Origin: Candidatus Xenobia bacterium
GTDB taxonomy: Bacteria > Vulcanimicrobiota > Xenobia > Xenobiales > QWHO01
DNA length: 39,157 bases
NCBI GenBank assembly: GCA_045863235.1
Contig: BTUM01000074.1
Coordinates: 1 to 39,157 of the forward strand
Direction of reading: 5' to 3'
Part shown: positions 1 through 7,800 of the stretch, piece by piece
Position numbering within the stretch: position 1 is the first letter of the stretch
How the letters are laid out: each line of letters begins with the position of its first letter
The notes under the pieces: model-generated
Databases searched by the model: none
What the model saw: the letters and a program-made list of their open reading frames with translations, nothing else
Told to the model about the DNA's origin: nothing
Program-made: the position numbers and the translations under genes

Positions 1-290
1 GGCAGCCAGTCCATCCGACGCAAGCCGTTGTAAATGGCGCCGCGTACGACCGGGGTGGCATAGGTCTCGAACTTGAAGCCGCGCCCCGGATCGAAGCCGT
101 CGATGGCGCGCACCAGACCGAAGTTGCCGTCCGCAATGAGATCGTCGAGCTCGGTGCCCGAGCGCAGCTTGCGCAAGACTCCCAGAGCCAGGTTCCGCAC
201 CAGACCCTGGTAATGCTCCGTCAGGTCGGCGCGAAGCTCTGGACTGCCCGTCTCCTTGAATTTTCGCCAAACCTCGGCGAGGTCTTGCAT
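1..290 (-). CDS. fliA: FliA/WhiG family RNA polymerase sigma-28 factor, 5' part (runs off window start)
   Basis: Not in the ORF track. Manual translation from ATG 290 (GGAGAG upstream; alternative in-frame ATG at 302): MQDLAEVWRKFKETGSPELRADLTEHYQGLVRNLA...ELDDLIADGNFGLVRAIDGFDPGRGFKFETYATPVVRGAIYNGLRRMDWL, which is sigma-70 region 2 with the FliA-type LRxxDW end. Lies downstream of flagellar genes. Confidence 0.88.
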   Translation of the reverse strand, partial: MQDLAEVWRKFKETGSPELRADLTEHYQGLVRNLALGVLRKLRSGTELDDLIADGNFGLVRAIDGFDPGRGFKFETYATPVVRGAIYNGLRRMDWL

Positions 291-336
291 CCGGCTCTCC
301 ATCGAAGTTTCCGTGGCTGTACGCGCCCCATGCACG

Positions 337-368
337 CAAGAAGCGGGCCGGTCAATCCAGCCCGCTTC
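337..368 (-). terminator. Putative intrinsic terminator hairpin between flgJ and fliA
   Basis: GAAGCGGGC (340-348) pairs with GCCCGCTTC (360-368). On the minus strand the stem ends in TTC followed by TTG, so the U tract is weak. Confidence 0.5.
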
Positions 369-406
369 CGTGTTCCCTGTTTCAGGGCCTTAGCCCTGCC
401 GCGGCC

Positions 407-706
407 CTACATCTGCTCTTTCATCTGCTGGAAGAGCAAATTCGCCAGGCCCACCCCTCCGTCTTGTGACCAGGACTTGGCGCGCTCTTGATCGAGCATG
501 CCGTTGAACATCTCCTCTTGCTGTCCGCCGCCCATGAAGTCGCTCTTGGGCATCGAGCTTCGCATCTGGGCCAGCATCTGGGTCAAGAAGAGCTGCTCGA
601 ACTCCTGGCAAGCCTGCTTGAGCTTGCCTTCCTCGGCCTGACGCGAGGGGGTCTGCTCGGCGGCAGCTTTCTGCAGGGGCAGCGGGTTGAATCCTTCAAT
701 TTGCAC
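407..706 (-). CDS. flgJ: FlgJ-like rod-binding protein (no muramidase domain)
   Basis: 99 aa with KLKQACQEFEQLFLTQMLAQMRSS...EEMFNGMLDQERAK...GVGLANLLFQQM, the rod-binding domain signature. Directly after flgG. Confidence 0.85.
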   Translation of the reverse strand: MQIEGFNPLPLQKAAAEQTPSRQAEEGKLKQACQEFEQLFLTQMLAQMRSSMPKSDFMGGGQQEEMFNGMLDQERAKSWSQDGGVGLANLLFQQMKEQM

Positions 707-726
707 GGTTCATGCCTCCCTAAAAA

Positions 727-1503
727 TTAGCCGCGCTGCAGCTGGTTGGCCTGACGCATCATTTCGTCGGCAGCCTGCACGCCCTTCTGGTTCATGTCGA
801 AGGCGCGCTGGGCCTGGACGATGTTGATCATCTCTTCCACGATGTTGATGTTGGACTTCTCCAGGTGGCCCTGGGCCAACACGCCCATCCCGTTCTCGCC
901 CGGGATACACTCGGTCTTGGCGCCACAGGTGGGCTTCTCCAGGTAGAGATTGCCACCGATGGCCTCCAGGCCGGCCGGGTTGAGGAAGCGGGTCAACTTG
1001 ATCTGGCCGATGGTGACCGGCTCGGTGTTGTCGCTGCCCAGTCGCACGCCCTTGATCTCGCCCTTGGGGGTGATCTCGATGTTGGTCATATCCTTGGGGA
1101 TGGTGATGCCCAGGGACTGACCCGACTGGGTGGTGAGCGTGTTGGTCTCGCCGTCATACTTGAAGGAGCCGTCCCGGGTGTAGGCGGTGGTTCCGTCGGC
1201 CAGTTGCACCTTGAAGAACCCGTCGCCCTGGATGGCCACGTCAAACGGGTTGTTGGTCTTCTGCAGCGAGCCCTGGCTGAACATCCGCTGGGTGGAAACG
1301 GCCTTGACACCCATACCGATCTGGGTGCCGCCCGAGGCTTCGGCGTTGGGGTCGCGCATGGTGGCGTAGAGAAGGTCTTCGAAGGTGACCCGGGACTTCT
1401 TGAAGCCCACCGACTGGTAGTTCGCCAGGTTGTGCGACACGTTGTCGATGTTCATCTGCTGGGCCATCATTCCCGACGCGGCGGTGTAGAGCGCTCTCAT
1501 CAT
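727..1503 (-). CDS. flgG: Flagellar basal-body distal rod protein FlgG
   Basis: MMRALYTAASGMMAQQMNIDNVSHNLAN, DVAIQGDGFF, YTRDGSF, LEKSNINIVEEMINIVQAQRAFDMN. AGGAGG SD upstream. Confidence 0.95.
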   Translation of the reverse strand: MMRALYTAASGMMAQQMNIDNVSHNLANYQSVGFKKSRVTFEDLLYATMRDPNAEASGGTQIGMGVKAVSTQRMFSQGSLQKTNNPFDVAIQGDGFFKVQLADGTTAYTRDGSFKYDGETNTLTTQSGQSLGITIPKDMTNIEITPKGEIKGVRLGSDNTEPVTIGQIKLTRFLNPAGLEAIGGNLYLEKPTCGAKTECIPGENGMGVLAQGHLEKSNINIVEEMINIVQAQRAFDMNQKGVQAADEMMRQANQLQRG

Positions 1504-1539
1504 GGTGGTTTCGTGTCCTCCTGAATTCCTTATTTAATC

Positions 1540-2313
1540 CTAGCGAACCTTGCCCAGCTCGTTGACGGCCTTCTGCAGACGCGAGTCGTGCGACTGGAGG
1601 GCCTTCTGGTTGGCCTCGAAGTTGCGCATGACCATCAGCAGGTCGACCATTTCCTGAACCGAGTTCATATTGCCCATTTCCACGTAACCTTGCTTGACCG
1701 AGAACTGGCTGGTGGCTTTGACCCCGCCCTCGGGAGCCACGAAATTGGTGTCCCCCGCCTTTTTCATCATATTGCCGTCCTCGAAGGTGCTCACCAGCAG
1801 CTTGTCGACCTCCTTGCCGTCGATCGAGATGACGCCGTCATCGGAGACCTTGAAGTCGGTGCCGTTCACTTTGATGGGGCCTTTGTGGCCGAGCAAGAAC
1901 GACCCATCGGCCGTCACCAGGTGGCCGTCGGTGGAGAGGTGGAACGTGCCGGCCCGGGTGAACTTGATGCCCTGCGGGGTCTGGAGAGTGAAGAAACCCT
2001 TGCCGTTGTCGCTCAGAGCCATGTCGAAGGGGTTGCCGGTCTCTTTCAGGGCTCCCTGAGCCGAGTGGGTCAGCGACTGGTGGAACAGGCCACCCTGCTT
2101 CTCGAGCCCACCGTTGTTGACCACCTCACCCGAGGTCTGGCGCATTCCCTGCATGCCCAGCTCGCGGTTGAGCACGTCCGAGAAGGACGATACCACCATG
2201 CTCTCCTTGCGGAAGCCGATGGTTCCCGCGTTGGCGAGGTTGTTGGTGATGATGTCCTGCTTCACGGACATCGCGATCATCCCCTGAGTGGCCATTTTCA
2301 TCCCATCAAGCAT
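1540..2313 (-). CDS. flgF: Flagellar basal-body rod protein FlgF (FlgF/FlgG family)
   Basis: DIITNNLANAGTIGFRK, TGNPFDMAL, FTRAGTF, QGYVEMGNMNSVQEMVDL. Start moved to ATG 2313, which has GGAGGTG upstream (2321-2327). Precedes flgG. Confidence 0.85.
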   Translation of the reverse strand: MLDGMKMATQGMIAMSVKQDIITNNLANAGTIGFRKESMVVSSFSDVLNRELGMQGMRQTSGEVVNNGGLEKQGGLFHQSLTHSAQGALKETGNPFDMALSDNGKGFFTLQTPQGIKFTRAGTFHLSTDGHLVTADGSFLLGHKGPIKVNGTDFKVSDDGVISIDGKEVDKLLVSTFEDGNMMKKAGDTNFVAPEGGVKATSQFSVKQGYVEMGNMNSVQEMVDLLMVMRNFEANQKALQSHDSRLQKAVNELGKVR

Positions 2314-2342
2314 CGACCGGCACCTCCACCTGTTTTCCCCTG

Positions 2343-2364
2343 GAACCATAGAAATTCTAGGTTC
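2343..2364. promoter_or_regulatory. Imperfect palindrome upstream of flgF, candidate operator
   Basis: GAACCATAGAA-A-TTCTAGGTTC. Half-sites recur upstream of fliK at 4172-4183 and 4262-4270. Confidence 0.4.
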
Positions 2365-2383
2365 TCAGGAATCAGACCTTTCT

Positions 2384-2683
2384 CTAAACTTCTTCAAATC
2401 CGTGTTGCTGAACCCAGGCGTCATTCAGCTCCTGAGCAAAGTTGACGATGGTGGTCATCAACTCATAGATCTCCGAGTCGATCCGCGTGCCCGGGTCGGT
2501 CTCGGCCCGCAGCAGCTGCTGCACCATCTCGGCATCCTGGCGAACCTCCACCCCAGAAGCCTGGGCTTTGGCCACGATCTCGTCGGCCACCGCCCCCTGG
2601 CCCGCGGCTACCACCTTGGGGCGCCCGTCGGCGCCCATCCGCATGGCCACAGCCCACTTGCCCATCTCCTCAGGCCTCGACAC
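2384..2683 (-). CDS. FlhB C-terminal-like small protein (EscU/YscU/HrcU switch family)
   Basis: AVAMRM...PKVVAAGQGAVADEIVAKAQASGVEVRQDAEMVQQL...IDSEIYELM. Overlaps the end of the fliK-like gene, the usual pairing. Confidence 0.85.
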   Translation of the reverse strand: MSRPEEMGKWAVAMRMGADGRPKVVAAGQGAVADEIVAKAQASGVEVRQDAEMVQQLLRAETDPGTRIDSEIYELMTTIVNFAQELNDAWVQQHGFEEV

Positions 2684-4124
2684 TGAGACGCTCCATCTGG
2701 TCGAAGTCCTGTCGCTCCACCACCTGGCGGCGACCGGTAAAGGGGCGGTAGGTGGCCCCGATCTGGGTCACGTCCCAGCCCAGGGCCTGAACCCGCTCGG
2801 CCAGCACCGGCAAGAAACGCTGCACGAAGCTGCGCACCTCCTCGGAAGGCGTGCCCACATCGATCATCGCGCTGTCGCCATAGAGCTCGACGACAAAGGT
2901 CAACTCGCCCAGGTGCTCGGTGCAGACCAGAAACTCGAGCTTGCCGTCCTCGCGGTCGACCGTGCGCGAGCCGTCCTCTTCCTGGCGATAGCGGATCCAG
3001 ATCTCGGCCGTGTCGCCCGCCATCAGCGGCAGCGGCACCTGCAAGTAGAAGAAGCCGTAGAGCTCGTGGGTGCGAGCCTGGTTGATCAGAGTATGGGCCT
3101 GCAGGTTCTCTTCCAGTTCTTGCATCATCGAGAGCGCCGTGGAAAGGTGGGCCGCCTCGGGGTCCTTCTCCAGTCCCTGGCGAATGTGGCGCAAAGCCAT
3201 GGCCAGGTTCCAATCCTCCTCATCGGCTCCCCCGCCACCGGGCCCCACGCGGGCCTCGATGCCCATGTCCCTAGCCAGGTCCTTGAGCCGCCTGGCGGTC
3301 TTCTTCTGGCTGGCCTGGCGGTTGGGGTCAATGACCACCTCGCCGAGCAGGCCGGGGACCTCGCTCAACAGCTCCATCGCCTTGGTGCTCTTGGTGCTGG
3401 GCGACTCGGCCATCTTGCGGAACTCCGTTTGCAGCGCCATCAACTGACAACCCACCTGCGGGTTCGTGGTCAGGAAGTTGGCCAGGGTCAGCACGTTCTG
3501 GGGCGTCACCGGAATGTTGTTGGACTGCAGGAAGAAGGTCGCTCCCACTTTGTTGGGCGTGGACGCCTGGTTGGGACTGCCGCTCTGCTCGGCGTGCTGG
3601 CCGACCTGGGCCAGCACGCTCTTGAGGAAAGTCAGGTTGTCGCGGGTCACCGGCACCGAATGCTCCACCATCGAATGCGCCAGGTTCAAGTTCTCATCGC
3701 TGGGCGGCATATGATCGTGCATCAGAGCCTCGGACAGATCGGTGTGGCTCATCTGCTGAGCCGGCTTGGGAACGACCGTCAGGTGCAGCTGGCCGCTCTT
3801 TTCGCCCTGCACCTGGACGAGCAGCTTCTGACCCACCTCGAGGGGTACCTGGGCCTGGGCTCGCAAAGTGTGCTCACCAAAGCGCAGCAGGAACTGGCCT
3901 TTGTCCTTGCCCGTCACCTCGCCCTGCAACTTGGTGCCGGGAGGGAACGAGAGCCCGGGGGGAAGGCGGGCCGTGAGGCCCATCCCGGTGGGGGCCTGAG
4001 ACTGAGGGGGAGCGAGCAGAGGACGACCACCGACGTTGACGCCGGTGTTGAAGCCGCCAGGTCCGGGCCCGGTGGGGCCACCACTCCGGGCAGGAAACCC
4101 TCCCGAAGCGCCAAGCATGTTCAT
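2670..4124 (-). CDS. fliK: Flagellar hook-length control protein FliK-like
   Basis: Gly/Pro-rich N-terminus; C-terminal FYLQVPLP...TEHLGELTFVVEL...LPVLAERVQALGW resembles the FliK C-terminal domain. AGGAGG SD. Adjacent to the FlhB-like gene. Confidence 0.7.
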   Translation of the reverse strand: MNMLGASGGFPARSGGPTGPGPGGFNTGVNVGGRPLLAPPQSQAPTGMGLTARLPPGLSFPPGTKLQGEVTGKDKGQFLLRFGEHTLRAQAQVPLEVGQKLLVQVQGEKSGQLHLTVVPKPAQQMSHTDLSEALMHDHMPPSDENLNLAHSMVEHSVPVTRDNLTFLKSVLAQVGQHAEQSGSPNQASTPNKVGATFFLQSNNIPVTPQNVLTLANFLTTNPQVGCQLMALQTEFRKMAESPSTKSTKAMELLSEVPGLLGEVVIDPNRQASQKKTARRLKDLARDMGIEARVGPGGGGADEEDWNLAMALRHIRQGLEKDPEAAHLSTALSMMQELEENLQAHTLINQARTHELYGFFYLQVPLPLMAGDTAEIWIRYRQEEDGSRTVDREDGKLEFLVCTEHLGELTFVVELYGDSAMIDVGTPSEEVRSFVQRFLPVLAERVQALGWDVTQIGATYRPFTGRRQVVERQDFDQMERLSVEA

Positions 4125-4183
4125 CCCAGTTTCGTTCCTCCTGATGCCATAGCCGGGCTTAGAAGCCTCTGTTTCTATGGTTC

Positions 4184-4189
4184 ATTATA
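4184..4189 (-). promoter_or_regulatory. Sigma-70-type -10 element (TATAAT) upstream of the fliK operon
   Basis: ATTATA on plus reads TATAAT on minus, about 60 nt before ATG 4124, in an AT-rich divergent intergenic region. No good -35 at 17 nt. Confidence 0.5.
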
Positions 4190-4319
4190 GGTTTGACTTG
4201 TTACTCAGATGTAAGCAGCTTGTAAACGCGATGTTAACTCACTCGACCGAAAGACCGTCATTTCTAGGTTTTAAGCCCTTCCAGAATGGATCGGGGTGAG
4301 CCTCGTCGTATAGGCCGCC

Positions 4320-4514
4320 GTGCCGGTTTGCGGATGGTGCGGAAAGTTCGACAAGAAGGTCGAGACGGTGGACAACGGAGCCACCGTTCTCTACCTCTGT
4401 CCCTTCTGCTATGCCCAGTATGAGCTCAGGGAAGGCAAGGAGCTGACCCCGACCGAGCTGACCCGTCCCCCCAGCCTGGTGGAGCGACTCAAGCGTTGGT
4501 TGTTTCGACACTGA
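4320..4514 (+). CDS. Small zinc-ribbon protein
   Basis: 64 aa with CGWC...CPFC and a basic amphipathic C-terminus. Overlaps the next gene start. Confidence 0.65.
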   Translation: MPVCGWCGKFDKKVETVDNGATVLYLCPFCYAQYELREGKELTPTELTRPPSLVERLKRWLFRH

Positions 4515-5815
4515 CCAGCCGCCCCCCGGCCCAGCGCCTGCTTGCCCTGGCCCTGCGCCGCTGTCGCGACGCCGAGATCGCCTGGGAAGAGCGCGTCGAC
4601 CTGGACCTGGCCGCCCTGGACAAGCCCCGCCGCCTGGGGGGGTGGGGCCTGCGGGTCAATTACGAAGGCGGATTGGGCTTTGCCTGGGGCGATCTGCAGG
4701 AGACTCCCGAGAACCTGCTCGAGCAGGCCGTGGAAGCCTCCCGTGAGCAGCCCGGACAGGGGGTGCTCTTCAGTCACGGGCTGCCCTTCTCTCCTGCCAA
4801 CCAGCTGCTCGAGCCGGTCGACCTCGGGCCGGTGGCCGAAGACCTGCAGCGCCTGGTGGCCCGCATCCAGTTCTTGCTGCCCTCGCTGCTGCCCAACTGG
4901 AACACACGCATTCGCGGGGGGGTGCGTTTTCAGCGCATGACGCTGACCACCCGCTCGGGCGAGCAGACAGCCCACCGTACCGTGGTCTACCTGGCCGTGC
5001 ACGCCGACGAGCCGGCCCCCATCCACGCTTCCTTCATCGCCCGTCGGGTGCCCGAGCACCCGGGCGAGCTGCTGTGCGAGCTGGCCTGGCGAGCGGCCCA
5101 CTCCAAACCCCCCAAGAAAGGCTTTGAGGGTCTGACCGGCACGCGTCCGGCCCTGTTCAGCCCGGCCGCCACCGCCGCCCTGCTGCGGGATCTGGCCTCA
5201 GACGTGCTCGATGCCCGCAACCCCGGAGAGCTCGAGGATCTCGCGCAGCGCATCACTCTCACCGACGATGGCCAGCAGACGGACGGACCGGGCTCCACTC
5301 CCTTCGACGCCGAGGGCCAGGCGCGCCGCCCCGTGGTGCTGCTCGGCGGCGGCCGGGTGCAGCACTTTCTGTGCGATCGGCTGTACGCGCGCAAGCTGCA
5401 GCAAGAGCTGCAGCCCCTGGCGGTGCGCGACTGGGGGCGCCCCCCCCGACCTGGTTACTCCAACCTGGTCCTGGCGCCGGGTGACAGCTCGCTGCCCGAG
5501 ATGGCTCGCGAGCTGAAAGACGGGGTTCTCCTCGACCACCTGGTGCCCTGCGACGCCCTGCGCCAGCCGGGCGAGCTCTGTCGCCTGGCCCAGCTTGCCT
5601 TCAAGCTCAAGAACGGTCGCCCGGCCGAGCGACTGGCTCCGATGCTGGTGCGGGCTCGCTACGCCTCGGTGCTGGGGAGCGACCTGAGCCAGCTCTCGCG
5701 CGAGACCAGCTGGCACGGACGCTGCCTGACGCCGGCCCTGAGCTGTGCGAGCGTGCAACTCGAATCGGCCGAGGGAGTGCAGGAATCGGGCGAGGACCCG
5801 GGGACCTGGTGGTAG
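4496..5815 (+). CDS. TldE/PmbA-family protein (divergent)
   Basis: GWGLRVNYEGGLGFAW, PALFSPAATAALL, PFDAEG, PGYSNLVLAPG. No HExxH zinc motif, so the non-catalytic TldE/PmbA type. Start codon uncertain. Confidence 0.8.
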   Translation: MVVSTLTSRPPAQRLLALALRRCRDAEIAWEERVDLDLAALDKPRRLGGWGLRVNYEGGLGFAWGDLQETPENLLEQAVEASREQPGQGVLFSHGLPFSPANQLLEPVDLGPVAEDLQRLVARIQFLLPSLLPNWNTRIRGGVRFQRMTLTTRSGEQTAHRTVVYLAVHADEPAPIHASFIARRVPEHPGELLCELAWRAAHSKPPKKGFEGLTGTRPALFSPAATAALLRDLASDVLDARNPGELEDLAQRITLTDDGQQTDGPGSTPFDAEGQARRPVVLLGGGRVQHFLCDRLYARKLQQELQPLAVRDWGRPPRPGYSNLVLAPGDSSLPEMARELKDGVLLDHLVPCDALRQPGELCRLAQLAFKLKNGRPAERLAPMLVRARYASVLGSDLSQLSRETSWHGRCLTPALSCASVQLESAEGVQESGEDPGTWW

Positions 5816-5895
5816 CGTGACGACATCACTGAATCGGTAGTCCGGTCCGTGCTGATGCACAGGGATCCTGGTCGACGCGGGCGAACAATAGGCCC

Positions 5896-6642
5896 GTGCG
5901 GGGGATTCTTTTCATTTTCCTTCTCCTTTGCATGCCAGCTCAGGCCGGCGTCGAGCTCGACCAGGCTCTCGACCTGCTCAAGCGGGGCCAGTTCCCCGAG
6001 GCGGTGGTGGCCGCCCAGAAGGCGGTCGCAGCCGAGCCCGGATCGACGCAGGCTCGGCTGACCCTGGCGCAGGCAGCCGAAGCGGCTGGCGATATCCGCC
6101 TGGCAGGCCTGACCTACGCGAAGGCCGTCGAGCTCGAGCCGAGCAATGCAGAGATCAGCCTGGCAGCGGGCGACTTCCTGGTCCGTCAGGGCGAGCTTGC
6201 CATGGCAGACCAGTTCTACATCCTGGCTTTCGAGGCAGCGTCCGACAAGCTGGTGCCTCTCCGTCGCAAGGCCGCGGCTCTGACCGCTCAGGCGGCCATG
6301 GGTCGCAAAGAGGTCGCTGTCGAGTTGCCGATAGCGGCCTGGGAAGCCGTGCTGAAGGACCCGCAGTGCGGCCCCGAGGACTTCTACGGTCTGGCCGATT
6401 GCTGCCTGTTGCCTCCCTACGACACAGCCCGGTTGGACAAGTGCCAGCAGTCGATCGAGCAGGGCCGGGCGCGCTGGCCCGACAGCGGGCTGCTGATGTA
6501 TGCGCTCGCCCGGTTGGATGTCCGCCGATTCAAAAGCGATCAGGCGCTGGCCCATTACAAGAGGGCCGTTCAGCTCGGCCTTCCCGCCCTGGAGAACAGG
6601 TTGGCCATTGAACAAATCAAACTCCTGGAGGCTGCCCGATGA
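5896..6642 (+). CDS. Secreted tetratricopeptide-repeat protein
   Basis: Signal peptide MRGILFIFLLLCMPAQA; TPR patterns such as AQKAVAAEPGSTQARLTLA and YAKAVELEPSNAEISLAAG. Confidence 0.8.
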   Translation: MRGILFIFLLLCMPAQAGVELDQALDLLKRGQFPEAVVAAQKAVAAEPGSTQARLTLAQAAEAAGDIRLAGLTYAKAVELEPSNAEISLAAGDFLVRQGELAMADQFYILAFEAASDKLVPLRRKAAALTAQAAMGRKEVAVELPIAAWEAVLKDPQCGPEDFYGLADCCLLPPYDTARLDKCQQSIEQGRARWPDSGLLMYALARLDVRRFKSDQALAHYKRAVQLGLPALENRLAIEQIKLLEAAR

Positions 6643-7277
6643 AGAAGCTCTTTTTGGCCGGAGTCCTGACCTTGAGCCTGGTCTTACCGGCTGCCGCAGG
6701 GGATGCCGCGATCACAGCGGCTCAGGCCGCCAACAACCTGAACAACTGGGCCAACGGGCGGGTTCAGAACGCTGCTGGAGCCGGTCTCGATCTGGCCGCC
6801 ATGTTCGATATGGCCAATGACAATGGCAACGCGCGTCTGGCGGCGGCGCAGGCCAATGTTGAGACGGCCATGGCCAACTTCCTGGTATCCCTGATGCAAC
6901 TGGAGAACTTGAATCGCAGGATCCAGGGCCTGAGGCAGGGCCACGCGCAGTTGATGGTCCTGGCCCTGAATGACAGCGGCTCGGTGGACATGTTTAGCGA
7001 GGCTTATCATCAGGCGGGCGTCGTGGCCACGTTGCTGGGCCATGCTCAGCAGCAGGTGGCGATCGCCGAGGCCAATGCCAAGAAGGCTGCCGACGCCCTG
7101 GGACATGCGCTCGACAATCTCAACCGGATCGAACGCGGCTCCCTGGGAAGCGATGACGGGGACGAGCGCGGAGGCAACGGTCCGATCAACCCTGGCGCCT
7201 CGCCGGGCAGCGCCGGCTCGGGCAGTTGCGGCCCGGGCACGGGCAGTTGCAATCCTGGTTGCGGCCCGATGCGCTGA
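6639..7277 (+). CDS. Secreted helical hypothetical protein with Gly/Ser/Cys/Pro tail
   Basis: ATGA overlap with the TPR gene; signal peptide MKKLFLAGVLTLSLVLPAAA; Ala/Asn-rich coiled coil; ends GSGSCGPGTGSCNPGCGPMR. Confidence 0.75.
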   Translation: MKKLFLAGVLTLSLVLPAAAGDAAITAAQAANNLNNWANGRVQNAAGAGLDLAAMFDMANDNGNARLAAAQANVETAMANFLVSLMQLENLNRRIQGLRQGHAQLMVLALNDSGSVDMFSEAYHQAGVVATLLGHAQQQVAIAEANAKKAADALGHALDNLNRIERGSLGSDDGDERGGNGPINPGASPGSAGSGSCGPGTGSCNPGCGPMR

Positions 7278-7281
7278 TTCA

Positions 7282-7312
7282 GCCGATGCGGGGAAACTGC
7301 TCCCCGCTCGGC
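7282..7312. terminator. Hairpin between convergent genes
   Basis: GCCGA-T-GCGGGGA pairs with TCCCCGC-TCGGC immediately after the stop at 7277. Weak U tract. Confidence 0.45.
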
Positions 7313-7345
7313 ATTCTGCGCGGACCCGTTGTCGTAATTAGCACA

Positions 7346-7720
7346 TCAAATGGAAGCGGTCAGCTCGGCCCAGGTCTTGCCATCCGCCACCCGGTCGCCT
7401 GCCTTGTAGCCCACCCGGGTGAGCAGCACCCGCGTGACGTGCGGAGTATCGTTGTTGAAGGCGAGCACATCGCCGGGCTCGCACTCGAAAGTCTGGCCGG
7501 CCTGCGGACGGAACAACCGCCCCCCCAGATACAATAAGGCCCCGCCGGAGCGAACGAAGCAAATGAAGATGCGCTGCTCCTTGTGGCTGTGGGGCTCGAT
7601 CACCGCTCCCGGCTGAAGCTCGAGCATCTCGACTCGGGTGGTGGCCTCTTCGAGCAGCACGCAGTGCGAGCCGCACTCGGACGGTTGCCAGGACAAATTC
7701 TCGGGCACGATGGCTTTCAT
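7346..7720 (-). CDS. Cupin-domain protein
   Basis: LELQPGAVIEPHSHKEQRIFICFVRSG...CEPGDVLAFNND matches cupin motifs 1 and 2; the second-motif His is absent. Confidence 0.8.
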   Translation of the reverse strand: MKAIVPENLSWQPSECGSHCVLLEEATTRVEMLELQPGAVIEPHSHKEQRIFICFVRSGGALLYLGGRLFRPQAGQTFECEPGDVLAFNNDTPHVTRVLLTRVGYKAGDRVADGKTWAELTASI

Positions 7721-7800
7721 GGCGCGCCCCTTCGCCTTGCGGGGCGGCCCTCCTTCGAGTGGCAGGGTGGCTCGAACGACCGCCGAACGGCCGGCGAATG

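Noticed and set aside
865..4190. Long plus-strand ORFs opposite the flagellar genes (865-1524, 1588-2445, 2487-4190)
   Set aside because: Antisense shadows typical of high-GC coding DNA; no motifs.
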